Assembly: GCA_963823665.1 (NCBI GenBank)
Contig: CAWGMQ010000008.1
Span: 1,856,001 to 1,920,000, forward strand
Length of the DNA stretch: 64,000 bases
From: an uncultured Planctomycetota bacterium
GTDB taxonomy: Bacteria > Planctomycetota > Planctomycetia > Isosphaerales > Isosphaeraceae
Direction of reading: 5' to 3'
Under the pieces are notes generated by a model that was not told the DNA's origin, searched no databases, and was given only the letters and a program-made list of their open reading frames with translations. Made by a program: the position numbers and the translations under genes. Shown here piece by piece: positions 10,262 through 20,441 of the stretch (positions are counted from its first letter, which is position 1; each line of letters opens with the position of its first letter).

Positions 10262-10639
10262 ATGAAACGATCGATGATCGCGGTGTGCTTGCTGCTTCTG
10301 TCACCGGGCACGGTGATCGCGTGTTTCGAGGATCACAACGCGGGTGCGGGCTGGTTCGATGCACAATCAGTGCGTTTTGCGGGCTACGGGAATGATGGCC
10401 GAGCGATGCAGCGGGATCGGCTGATGGAGATGGCGCTGATTGCCGCAGGGTCGGGGGCGTTGATCGTGTTCTGCGTGCTGGGCCGCGCGATGTTTCGTTC
10501 GGCCCGGCGCAGGGAGATTTCACCGTTCGAGGAGAGCGAGCGAGTACCGCTGGGGGTGCCATTTGACGAGCCGCCGTGGGATCCAAGCTGTGAATGGTCG
10601 CCGGGGGACAGACTTGCGCCTAGCTCGCCGGGAGTGTGA
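10262..10639 (+). CDS. hypothetical membrane protein with signal peptide
   Basis: MKRSMIAVCLLLLSPGTVIA signal, one TM, AGGAGG RBS, promoter upstream. Confidence 0.6.
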   Translation: MKRSMIAVCLLLLSPGTVIACFEDHNAGAGWFDAQSVRFAGYGNDGRAMQRDRLMEMALIAAGSGALIVFCVLGRAMFRSARRREISPFEESERVPLGVPFDEPPWDPSCEWSPGDRLAPSSPGV

Positions 10640-11286
10640 GCCTGGTTGCCTGGCCGCTTTTGAGCTCGATGGCAAGCGGCTTGCTGCCTTGGTTGGCGCT
10701 CGAGGGATTGGGGCGGCCACGGATCACGTAGCGGCCCGCGGGCACGTCGCGGAACATGACCTGATTGGCGGCATCGATATTCGAGGAGCCGCCCCACGAT
10801 CCGACGACGGATCCGCCCTCGGGCAGCATTTCCACGATGTTTGTGCAGGTGCTCCCAGTTCTTCGGTTGCCAAACCATGAAGACCCTGTCCATTCTTGCG
10901 CCTTGCCGTTTGGCTGGCTCGCGGTTCATGTTGAGCCAGAAGCTCGCTCCGACGCCGTCGTGGAGAATCACACGTTTGTTCTTGACTTCGAGCGTGGCGA
11001 AGCCGGCCAGGATTTCGCTTAGCGCCCTGGCGTCACCGCGACACTCAGAATGCCACTGGCCGCCGCCATACGGCGGGCCCTCCCACCAAGCGATCCGGCT
11101 TTCGGTGTTGAAGATTGCGGCGGCGCCTTTGGGCCAACCGGGATCGGCGAGACGTTTGTTGCCTTCGCCTCCGGTGATCGATGCCAGCGCGCTCGGTGAA
11201 GATAACGACGTAATCGCCGCGATGAGCAGTAGTAAAGTGACGGTAGGAGAGAACCTGTGGGCGAGATTCTTCAAGAAATTCGGCAT
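10620..11286 (-). pseudogene. Exported planctomycete protein, apparently internally deleted or frameshifted at ~10850
   Basis: Signal peptide + DPGWPKGAAAIFN...WWEGPPYGGGQW, then an abrupt frame switch to a prealbumin/carboxypeptidase-regulatory-like C-terminus (FRDVPAGRYVIRGRPNP). Confidence 0.55.
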
Positions 11287-11422
11287 GGCAGGAATCTCCG
11301 CTGGTCGAAAGGGTTTCGCCGGCCCCATTCTAGCAAACGATCGTCGAGATGCTTTCTTAGGAACGGGTCGGGAACGAGTGCTGCCGATTTATGTCAAGCA
11401 CGCTGCGGAGCGGAACAAACGC

Positions 11423-11449
11423 CGTTCCGACGCGGAGCGTCGGAACGAG
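11423..11449. repeat. REP-like palindrome CGTTCCGACGC-GGA-GCGTCGGAACG(AG)
   Basis: Perfect 11-bp stem in intergenic DNA, preceded by a degenerate half (CGCTGCGGAGCG at 11401). Confidence 0.65.
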
Positions 11450-11644
11450 GGCGTTCAGTCGTGGTGGAGTAGATACCGAAATCGGGAAGTTAATTCCGGC
11501 GTGTTCCTTATCAGAAGGCACGAGTGACCGGTGTCGATGCGTTCGTTCTTGGTGTATTCTGGTTCGTCTGAAGCGTGTGTGTGCTTTTTTGCCTCGGGAA
11601 GAGACCGATCGCCGGGGCGACTGTCAATTCTCGGAGCTCGGAAC

Positions 11645-12260
11645 ATGACACCCGTCTTTGCACTGTCCACCGTGGCCACAGCTCTTCTGGGTGTGGCGCT
11701 GGTTGTGGTCTTTTTCGTTTTTTACGGGATATCTACGTTCAATACACTGGTCGCGTTACGGAACCGCTACAAGAACGCGTTCAGCCAGATTGATGTGCAG
11801 CTCAAGCGGCGGTACGACTTGATTCCAAACCTTGTGGAAACTGCCAAGGGATACATGAGTCACGAGAGGGAGACGCTGGAGGCGGTCATTCACGCGCGGA
11901 ACCAGGCGGTCACGGCACAGCAAAAGGCTGCGACGAGCCCTGGTGATCCGTCGGCGATGACGGGTCTAGGCGCGGCGGAGGGCCAACTGACCGGCGCACT
12001 AGGCCGCCTGTTCGCGCTGGCGGAAAGTTATCCCGATCTGAAGGCCAACACGACTATGCTGGCGCTTCAAGAGGAGCTGACTTCGACCGAAAACAAAGTC
12101 GCGTTCTCGCGGCAATCGTTCAACGACGCGGTCATGACTTATAACACGCAGGTGGAACGATTCCCGGCATCACTGATTGCGGGGATCGGCGGTTTTGCGC
12201 GCGCAGCTTTTCGAGCTGGAATCGCCCAAGGAACGCGAGGCGCCGCGCGTTTCGTTTTGA
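11645..12260 (+). CDS. lemA: LemA family protein (frameshift near 12200)
   Basis: NAFSQIDVQLKRRYDLIPNLVETAKGY..HE, ESYPDLKAN, LQEELTSTENKVAFSRQ; tail LFELESPKEREAPRVSF* in shifted frame. Confidence 0.92.
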
Positions 12261-12336
12261 CGGGTGCTCATCGGCGTAGATTGACTGAAATCGTTGAAGG
12301 CACCGATCAGGGAAAGCTCCAGGAGACGGGTCGTCG

Positions 12337-14283
12337 ATGGACTTTTTTCAGAATCAGGAGGTCGCGAGGAAGAAGACCGGCCGGTTGATCGTGTACTTCT
12401 TGCTCGCGGTCATCTTGATCATCGTGACGGTGTATCTGGCGATTGCGGCGGTGCTGCACTGGGCGGAGCCTGCGGCCCGGGAAGGCGGCGTGGTCGATCT
12501 TCCCTCGCTGTGGGATCCCCAACTTTTCGTGGTGGTTGCCGCGGGAACTGCCGCGCTTATCTCCGGGGGAAGCCTGTACAAGATCGCATCGCTCTCGGGT
12601 GGCGGGCACACGGTGGCCGAATTGATGGGCGGGCGACTCTTGCACCCCCAGACGAGCGATCTTGACGAGCGGAAGATTCTGAACGTCGTCGAGGAGATGG
12701 CGATCGCGGCGGGCACGCCGGTCCCGGCGGTGTATTTGCTCGAGAACGAGGAGGGTATCAACGCGTTTGCTGCGGGGCATTCTCCCAATGACGCCGTGAT
12801 CGGAGTGACGCGGGGCTGCGTGCGGACTCTTTCGCGCGACGAGCTGCAAGGCGTGATCGGGCATGAGTTCAGCCACATTCTGAACGGGGATATGAAGCTC
12901 AACCTTCGACTCATGGGGGTGCTCTTCGGCATCTTGTTGATCGGGCTTTCGGGGTACATCCTCTTGCGAAGCACGTCGGGTTACAGGGTGCGGGCGAGCG
13001 ACCGTGAGGGCGATCGGGGCGGGCGCAATATCCTGCCTTTGATCGGGCTGGCGCTGTACGTGATCGGGTACGTCGGTGTGTTCTTTGCAAACCTGATCAA
13101 AGCCGCGGTCTCGCGACAGCGGGAGTTTTTGGCCGACGCCTCCGCGGTGCAGTTCACGCGCAATCCCGACGGTATCGCCGGGGCGCTCAAGAAGATCGGG
13201 GCGATTGAACAGGGCTCGGCGATCCGCGAGCCGCGGGCCGCGGAGGCCAGCCACATGTTCTTCGGCAATGCCGGGACGGCGGGTCAACTTTTTGGACTGC
13301 TGGAAACGCACCCGCCACTGGTCGAGCGAATACGGCGGCTGGACCCATCGTTCGACGGGGATTTCTCGAAGGTTCGGCTCGATTCACCGGGGGACGAGCC
13401 GCAACGAAGCTTGAAGCCGGATCGCCAAGCTCGGCCGAGGTCGTTTTCATTCAACCCGGCGGAAGCGGTGGCGCGGGTGGGGACGATTGGCGCTCCTCAA
13501 TTGCTTCATGCTGCGGGGTTGCTCGAGGACTTGGCGCCGGCAATTTCGACGCAGATTCAGGACCCGCTTGGAGCGCAGGCCACGGTTTTCGCGATGCTGC
13601 TGGACCCGAGTGAGGCAGTTCTGCAGCAGCAGCTTGCGTGGCTCAACCAGTTTGCTCATCCGGCCGTGGTGCGGCAGATGCGTGTCGTGTTGCCCGAAGT
13701 GAGGAAGCTTTCGCCCGAGGAGCGGCTGCCACTTGTGGAGCGGGCCATTCCGGCGCTGCGGCAAATGACGCCGGCTCAGATGCGTGAATTCTTGAGCGGA
13801 GTGAAGGCACTTGTCGAAGCCGACAACAATCTGGCGATTTTCGAGTATGCGCTGCAGCGGCTGCTGTTGCGCCATCTGGTCGCGTATTTTGTGAAGCGCC
13901 CGTCGAATTCGCCGAAGTACGCGACGGCCGAGCCGCTGGTCGAGTCTGTCAAAGTTGTTCTCTGCACTCTGGCTCGCGGCGGTCAATCGTCGTCTGAGGC
14001 GGTTGCGGCGGCACTTTCCTCCGGTGTGAAGGCGCTCGGCTGGCCGGGGGCGCGATTCGAGGTATCGGCTGAGTACGCGACGGACCTGATTCGACTTGAC
14101 GCTGCGCTTCGCACGCTTGACCAGGCAAGCAAGCCGCTCAAGAAACAAATCTTGCTGGCGTGTGCGGCGACGGTCGGCGCCGACGGCCGAGTGACAGTCG
14201 AAGAGGGCGAGCTGCTGCGAGCGATCTCTGATTCGCTCGATTGCCCTATGCCGCCGCTTCTGGACGCAGAGGAGCGAAGTTGA
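12337..14283 (+). CDS. M48 family (HtpX-like) Zn metalloprotease, LemA-associated long form
   Basis: MDFF..QE.AR, NVVEEMAIA, INAFAAG, HEFSH, SRQREFLADASAVQFTRNP, THPPL..RI. Confidence 0.93.
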   Translation: MDFFQNQEVARKKTGRLIVYFLLAVILIIVTVYLAIAAVLHWAEPAAREGGVVDLPSLWDPQLFVVVAAGTAALISGGSLYKIASLSGGGHTVAELMGGRLLHPQTSDLDERKILNVVEEMAIAAGTPVPAVYLLENEEGINAFAAGHSPNDAVIGVTRGCVRTLSRDELQGVIGHEFSHILNGDMKLNLRLMGVLFGILLIGLSGYILLRSTSGYRVRASDREGDRGGRNILPLIGLALYVIGYVGVFFANLIKAAVSRQREFLADASAVQFTRNPDGIAGALKKIGAIEQGSAIREPRAAEASHMFFGNAGTAGQLFGLLETHPPLVERIRRLDPSFDGDFSKVRLDSPGDEPQRSLKPDRQARPRSFSFNPAEAVARVGTIGAPQLLHAAGLLEDLAPAISTQIQDPLGAQATVFAMLLDPSEAVLQQQLAWLNQFAHPAVVRQMRVVLPEVRKLSPEERLPLVERAIPALRQMTPAQMREFLSGVKALVEADNNLAIFEYALQRLLLRHLVAYFVKRPSNSPKYATAEPLVESVKVVLCTLARGGQSSSEAVAAALSSGVKALGWPGARFEVSAEYATDLIRLDAALRTLDQASKPLKKQILLACAATVGADGRVTVEEGELLRAISDSLDCPMPPLLDAEERS

Positions 14284-14328
14284 ACAGGACGTAGAGGCGA
14301 GAACTCGGTTTCCGACTGGAGGTTCAAG

Positions 14329-14541
14329 GTGCGACTCAGGAAACTCATCGAGGCCCTCACGGAGCTATCGGTTCAGCGTGGGCCTGATGTCGATATCAAG
14401 ACCATGCCAGTTTTCATGTTTGATCCGTCCAAGGGAAGGAAACCTGGCGTCTGCTCGTTCTACGTGGGTGAGCAGACGGGTTTATCCAGCCAGTCGAAGC
14501 GCGTCAGAACGACTCGAAGTGTCATCATGGAGGTGTCGTGA
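14329..14541 (+). CDS. hypothetical protein (70 aa) overlapping fwdB start
   Basis: GGAGG upstream of GTG, GTGA overlap with next gene; no recognisable family. Confidence 0.35.
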   Translation: MRLRKLIEALTELSVQRGPDVDIKTMPVFMFDPSKGRKPGVCSFYVGEQTGLSSQSKRVRTTRSVIMEVS

Positions 14542-15812
14542 ATTTGCACGAGCATATCGCCTGTACGGTTTGCGGCTGCGTCTGCGACGATCTGCGGATC
14601 ACGGTCGACCGCGGACGGATCAGCAAGGCCGAGGGCGCTTGCCGGCTGGCAGAACCGTGGTTTCTTGGTCAGGAGAGCCGCCAACCTCCGGTTGCTGTGA
14701 TCGAAGACGAGTCAGCCCCGCTCGAAGTCGCTGCGGTTCGGGCCGCAGCTCTCCTTCGAGCGGCTTCCTCACCCCTGATCTACGGCATGTCGCGCAGCAG
14801 CACCGAGGGACAGCGTGCCGCCATCGCCCTGGGTGAGCGGATCGGAGCCACCATCGATACAACCGCCTCCTTGTGCCACGCCCCATCTGTCATCGCGGTG
14901 CAAGAGGTCGGTGAAGTGACCTGCACCTTGGGTGAGGTCAGGAATCGAGCTGATCTGGTGATTTTCTGGGGATCGAACCCGGTTGCCAGCCACCCCCGCC
15001 ACTTCGAGCGCTACTCACTTTTACCCCAAGGCCGAAATATCCCTGGCGGACGGGCTGACCGTACACTCGTCGTGGTCGACGTGAAACCGACCGCCACCAC
15101 GGAAGTGGCGGATTTTTTCTTGTCGATCGAACCAGGCAAGGATTTTGAAGCGCTCACGACGCTACGTACCCTTGTCCGGGGTGAGTCCGTGGACGCAAGC
15201 TGCTCGACCGGCGCGCCTTTGCGCGTGCTGGAAGACCTGGCCGAACGGATGAAGACGTGCCGGTACGGGATCGTCTTCTTCGGCCTGGGCCTGAGCATGA
15301 CGGGCTTGGGGCAGCACAACGTCGAGGCGCTTCTCTTGTTAGTGCGTGACCTGAATCGCTACACCCGCTTCAGTGCCCGAAAGATGCGTGTTCCTGGTGA
15401 CGTGACCGGGGCCGACATGGTTCTGACATGGCAGACCGGCTACCCGTTCAGTGTGAACTTTTCAAGGGGCTTTCCCCGATACAACCCCGGCGAATTCTCC
15501 GCCCAGGCGATGCTGGAGCGGGGTGAAGTTGATGTTTGCTTGCTCGTGGGCAGCGAGGGACTCACTCGGTTTTCCGAGAAGGCAATCGCTTGCTTGTGCC
15601 GGATACCCACGATCGTCCTGGATTACCCCACAGTCGAGTCGTTGATCGTACCCACCATCGGCTTCACAACGGCGGTCTACGGCATCCACCGGCCTGGCAC
15701 GGCCTACCGAATGGACGGAGTCCCGATCCCGCTCCGGGCGTTCCTTCCCAGCGACTATCCGAGTGACTGCGAGGTACTGACGATGATCAACGACCAGTTC
15801 AAGGAGGACTAA
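14538..15812 (+). CDS. fwdB: Formylmethanofuran dehydrogenase subunit B / formyltransferase-hydrolase complex beta homologue
   Basis: CTVCGCVCDDL, TASLCHAPS, TLGEVRNRADLVIFWGSNP..SHPRH, WQTGYPFSV, GTAYRMDGVP. Confidence 0.92.
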   Translation: MNLHEHIACTVCGCVCDDLRITVDRGRISKAEGACRLAEPWFLGQESRQPPVAVIEDESAPLEVAAVRAAALLRAASSPLIYGMSRSSTEGQRAAIALGERIGATIDTTASLCHAPSVIAVQEVGEVTCTLGEVRNRADLVIFWGSNPVASHPRHFERYSLLPQGRNIPGGRADRTLVVVDVKPTATTEVADFFLSIEPGKDFEALTTLRTLVRGESVDASCSTGAPLRVLEDLAERMKTCRYGIVFFGLGLSMTGLGQHNVEALLLLVRDLNRYTRFSARKMRVPGDVTGADMVLTWQTGYPFSVNFSRGFPRYNPGEFSAQAMLERGEVDVCLLVGSEGLTRFSEKAIACLCRIPTIVLDYPTVESLIVPTIGFTTAVYGIHRPGTAYRMDGVPIPLRAFLPSDYPSDCEVLTMINDQFKED

Positions 15813-15924
15813 CTTGCTGCGGTCGATTCGAAGGCCCTGCCGCAGTCGATCGGCGCCGTCTGAGCTGAATGGCACGTCCTGAGATCTCAAGGCCAGAGAG
15901 GAGACCCGGCCAAAGACCGGCGAT

Positions 15925-17445
15925 TCAGGGCGACTCGAGCACGACGCGGATCGTCGCGGACCGGGGGGCGTCGCAGGTCAGGAGCCGGCGCGAGGGGTCC
16001 CAAAGGCAGGTTGCGTCTCCGGGCTCGGCCCTCGGCCGTGAGCCAGGCGGGAACAGCCCGGCCGGCACGATGATCTCCGTGGGCCCCAGTCCGGGGCGGT
16101 GTGCCCAGACGAACTCGAGGCGCGGACCTCCCCGTGGCGGCGCCGTTGCCTCGAATCGGAAGCACACGGGCACGCCGGCTACCCGATGCGGATAGGGGCG
16201 TGGCCGGTAGTTCGGCCGCGGCCGACCGGCGGCGTCGAGCAGGCTGAAGTCTTCGCGGTTCCACCCCTCGCCGGCCTGGAGCGCCAGGCGGGCCGAGATG
16301 GTCCACTGCATCCCCGAGGCGAGCGCCGCGTCGAGTCGGTCGTAGTGATAGTCGACGTAGACGCCGGCCCGCCGCGCGCCGCCCGGGATGCCGAACTCGC
16401 CGAGCAGTAGCGGCACGCCCCATTCCGACGCCTTCGTCTCCATCCGAGCGAAGGCCCGGTCGATCACGGCTGTCCGACCACCCCCGTCCTCTCGCACGAT
16501 CGCCAGGGGCCTGTAATAGTGCGGTGCGAACGCGATGTTGTCCAAGTCCGGGGGCGGCAGCCGGGTCCGGAAGCCCGTGGCGGTCGGCCCGCGCCCCTCG
16601 AGGAACAGGATGGCCGTCGGGTGTCGGGCGCGCAGCGCAGAGGCGGCGGCGCAATACAGCGGGGCAATCTCCCGCCGCTCGTCTCCCCAGGGCTCGTTCA
16701 GCGGGTCGTAGCCGACGACCCCCGGGACCGCGACGAAGGCCCCCGCGACTCGCCCGAGCATGGTGAGGTAGCGCGTGCGGACGCCGTACGCATCGGCGTA
16801 GAAGTCTGCGAACGAGCGGTACACGCCCGGGTCCAAAAGCTCGAGGAGTGGCCAGCGCTTGCAGCCGCAGCCGTTGTCGGGCGGGTGCGGCGTGGCGCGG
16901 GGCGAAACGGCCCACAAGGGGAAGCCGGCGCCGCAGCCGTAGCAAAGGGTGCGGGCGAAGCCGTCTTGGTGAATGTCGATGATCACGTAGAGCCCGCGCG
17001 CCCAGGCCATTTCGGCGACGGCGACCAGCCGCGCGAGATACGCCTCGTCATAGCGGCCCGGCTCCGGTTCGTACGCCTCCCAGATGAAAGGGAGGCGGAT
17101 CGCATTGAAGCCCAGCTCGGTTAACCGGTCGATGAGGACCGGGTCGTCCGGCGTGGGGAAAGGGGGGAGTTTGCCATCGCCGCCGAGGTTGACCCCGCGG
17201 AGCAGGACGACGCGGCCATCCGGGCCGACGAAGTGCCGGCCCACGACCCGGAGCACGGCCGAGTCTGCGGCGTGGCGCGCCGGGCCCGGGGATGCGGACT
17301 GGGCCGCGGCGACGGATTCGCTAGGGGAGATGCTCGCCATCGGGCAGGCCGCACAGGCGAACAAGAACAGGGCCGAAACCGAGCCCCGCGCCCCGCGGTG
17401 TCGGCCAGCCTCAAGCCGCATGGGCATCGGCAAGGGGAGATCCAT
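15925..17445 (-). CDS. Glycoside hydrolase family 5, endoglycoceramidase-like (start uncertain)
   Basis: GRVVLLRGVN, GFNAIRL..IWEAYEP, IDIHQD, NEP, HYY, GEFG, RPYP..VAG C-terminal domain. Confidence 0.88.
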   Translation of the reverse strand: MDLPLPMPMRLEAGRHRGARGSVSALFLFACAACPMASISPSESVAAAQSASPGPARHAADSAVLRVVGRHFVGPDGRVVLLRGVNLGGDGKLPPFPTPDDPVLIDRLTELGFNAIRLPFIWEAYEPEPGRYDEAYLARLVAVAEMAWARGLYVIIDIHQDGFARTLCYGCGAGFPLWAVSPRATPHPPDNGCGCKRWPLLELLDPGVYRSFADFYADAYGVRTRYLTMLGRVAGAFVAVPGVVGYDPLNEPWGDERREIAPLYCAAASALRARHPTAILFLEGRGPTATGFRTRLPPPDLDNIAFAPHYYRPLAIVREDGGGRTAVIDRAFARMETKASEWGVPLLLGEFGIPGGARRAGVYVDYHYDRLDAALASGMQWTISARLALQAGEGWNREDFSLLDAAGRPRPNYRPRPYPHRVAGVPVCFRFEATAPPRGGPRLEFVWAHRPGLGPTEIIVPAGLFPPGSRPRAEPGDATCLWDPSRRLLTCDAPRSATIRVVLESP

Positions 17446-17724
17446 GTGAGAGGCAGCGCTCCCCCACTCCGGCACTCCGCCCCTCGGCCATTCAATTCAT
17501 CCCGCCTGCGGGACCCGCCCCCGGGGCTATGGGCGCGTGACTACATCTAACTCGGAATTCGATCGAGTGGAAGACCAATTCCCGGGGGCGGGAAGGCCGA
17601 ACGGCTTGGCTCTCAGCGGTTAATTCATGCGTATTCCGGGAATTTTTGCACGCGGCCGGCGAATCTCCCTGCGCAGCGACTAAACGGGTGAAACCAGAGC
17701 CTCGTTGTTAACCAGGGTGAAGCC

Positions 17725-18110
17725 GTGAATTGGTTCCTGCACAATTCGATCGCCGATCTATACGGCCCCTATTTCCTCGTTTTTTACGCCGGTACAATCG
17801 TGACGCTGGTCGTGACGTGCTTTCGCTCGGTTCGCGGGGTTGACCGAACGATTGAGCTCGATCTATCGAAGATCACCAGCAAGGTCGAGCCATACGAGAT
17901 CGCGTAGGGAGCGTGGCTGTGGTGTTTCGGCACCGTCGTGATTGTTGGTCTCGGAGGTTAAAAGTTGATGGTCGCAATCGCCAAAGGTCACCGCAACGTC
18001 GCATTCCTGGTGATTTTCGCGGGAATCGGACTGATCGCGCAGGCCATCGTGTGCTTCGCCCAACCCCGCGCCAGCCGTCTGGGCAAGGCCCATCTGGCGC
18101 GGGCGGCGTG
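17725..18110 (+). pseudogene. Remnant of TIGR04222-type membrane protein
   Basis: MNWFLHNSIADLYGPYFLVFY...EPYEIA* then KGHRNVAFLVIF...SRLGKAHL in another frame. Confidence 0.6.
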
Positions 18111-18129
18111 TCCATCGGACATCTCGCCC

Positions 18130-18385
18130 CACCCCCTGGACTCGCGAAGCCGTCGATGTCGTCGCGCGGAATGTGGAGCGCGTGAAGTCTCGAATTCACT
18201 GTCCGCTCATCCTCGAGAACATCACGTCGCCAATGATCGTGCCCGGCAGCGAAATGGATGAGGTCGAATTCCTGACTGCCGTGCTCGATCGCACAGGATG
18301 CGGCCTTCTTTGCGACGAGCCCGCACGATCGGGAGGCAACACGCGCGATGGGACTAGCCGAGGTCCAGAAGGTGATGGCCAACTG
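18130..18385 (+). pseudogene. Remnant of DUF692 (MNIO) gene plus first codons of the following partner gene
   Basis: PLILENITSPMIVPGSEMDEVEFLTAVLDRTGCGLLCD is the DUF692 core; followed by MGLAEVQKVMA. Confidence 0.65.
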
Positions 18386-18647
18386 CACCCCGCCCGACTC
18401 TAGCGATCTGGTGGAGACCACCGTGGCGGAAGAGCGTCCGACACATCGTGATTTCTGCGCCGGTGTGGCGGTTCCGACGTCGGAATGCATGCTCGAGGCC
18501 CTCCGCGTAGCCGAAAGTGGACGAGTATCTGCTTTAGAGGCGGCAGGCGGCGCGAGTCGCTATAATCGAGCTTGTTGTGCGAATGGTTCGGATTCAGTGC
18601 CGGTCTCACGGAGCTCTTCGTTCACTCACTTCAACAGGGGATTGCCG

Positions 18648-20431
18648 ATGAGGCTTCGCGCGGCGTGGCTTGGCGCGGTCGTCATAATTGGCCCGCTCAT
18701 GGGTTCGGTTGTCGCCAAGACGATTGCGATCGGTGAGGTCGTTCCGAACCTCGAATTCAAAGACATCCGCTACTTGCGACGGACACTGTCTGACCTAGGT
18801 GCGCACAAAGGTCTTGCACTGGTCTTTCTGAGTACCGATTGCCCCGTTTCCAAACGCTTTCTCCCCAAGTTGCGAGAGCTTTCTGAGTTCTACAGCCAGA
18901 AAGACATTCAGTTCGTGGGCGTTTTTTGTTCGACCCAAGATACCGTCATGGAGATCGCCTCTTTTGCGCTTGAAAATGACTTACGATTCGCGGTGGTGAA
19001 GGATGAGGAGAACGAGGCTTGCGGCGCCCTGGGCATTGATCGCGTGCCGCAAGTCGCCGTCCTCGATCGTGAGAACCGGCTGGCGTATCGCGGTCGGATC
19101 AACGATCAATACCGGGTCAGCGGCACGCAGCCAAGCGCCAGCCGCGAAGACCTCGCTACAGCGCTCGACGAGCTGTTAGCCGGTAAGCCGATCTCTGTAA
19201 AGGAGACCCCCGTCGACGGCTGCAAGGTAACGCCACCTTCTGCCCGTAAGTTTGAGCCACCGCCAACCTTTCACGGCGACGTCGCGGCGATCCTCGAGCG
19301 GCGGTGCCAGCGCTGCCATCATGCGGGAACGCCGGCGCCATTCGCTCTCTGACCAACTACGACGAAGTCAAAAGCCACAGCGAGATGGTGGCCGAAGTTG
19401 TGCGCGATCAGCGAATGCCCCCTTGGTACGCGGACCCGAAGTACGGGCATTTCATCAATGCGCCCGGGATGACGGCGGACGAACGCGACAAGGTCGTGGC
19501 CTGGGTGAACGCGGACTGCCCCGCGGGCGATGAGGCGCGCGCGCCAGCGCCACGGGTCTTCGCCAAGACCGAATGGCGCATCGGTGAACCCGATTTGAAG
19601 GTCACCATGAACGCGCCCGAGAAGATCCCGGCGCAGGGGTTCATTCCCTACAAGTACGTGGTCTTGCCGCACGTTTTCAAAGAGGACACGTATGTCAGCG
19701 CGATTGAAATCTTGCCGCACAACCGCAAAGTTGTGCACCATTGCAACATGGCCTATGTCAGCGTCGCGAAGATGAAGGGGGGCGACGACACTTTCATCAC
19801 CGGCTATGTACCGGGCGGACAACCGATGGACTTGCGGCCGCAGCAACCATCCGACCCTGAGGTCGCATACAAGATCCCCGGCGGTTCGACGCTGGTGCTG
19901 CAAATCCACTACACGACGACGGGCAAGGAGGAACAGTCGCTCATCTCGGTCGGCTTCCGCTACCCGCAAAAGGGCGTCGACAAGATTTCGCATCACTTTG
20001 TTCTGGATCCGCACGATATCGCGATCCCGCCCGGGGACCCGATGTGGCGGATGTCAGCGGCGAAGACGATTCCCCAGAGCGCGACGCTGCTCGGCATGTT
20101 CACGCACATGCACGTCCGCGGACGCGACATGACATTCATCGCGGAATACCCCGACGGCAAGCGCGACACGCTGCTGGAGATCCCCAACTTCAATTTCAAC
20201 TGGCAGCTTGCCTATCTATGCCGCAACCGCCTACCTGCCGGCACCAAGATCGAAGCCGTAGCCCATTTCGACAACTCGAGATTCAACCCGTATAACCCCG
20301 ACCCCACCCGCACCGTCCCGTACGGTCCTCAAACATACGATGAAATGTTCAACGGGTTTGTCTTCTGGACAAACGACGACGAAGATCTCAAGCTGAACAT
20401 CGATGCCAAAACGGGTCGCGTTGTAAAGTGA
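18648..20431 (+). CDS. Redoxin + heme c + copper type II (PHM-like) monooxygenase fusion (2-nt frameshift near 19345)
   Basis: STDCPVS, YRGRINDQY, CQRCH, MPPW, VVHH, LQIHY, HMHVRG, FNWQ, DEM. Confidence 0.88.
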
Positions 20432-20441
20432 GGGCCGGACG

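Noticed and set aside
18561..18566. TATAAT upstream of the monooxygenases as a promoter
   Set aside because: No recognisable -35 or extended -10; plausible but not supportable
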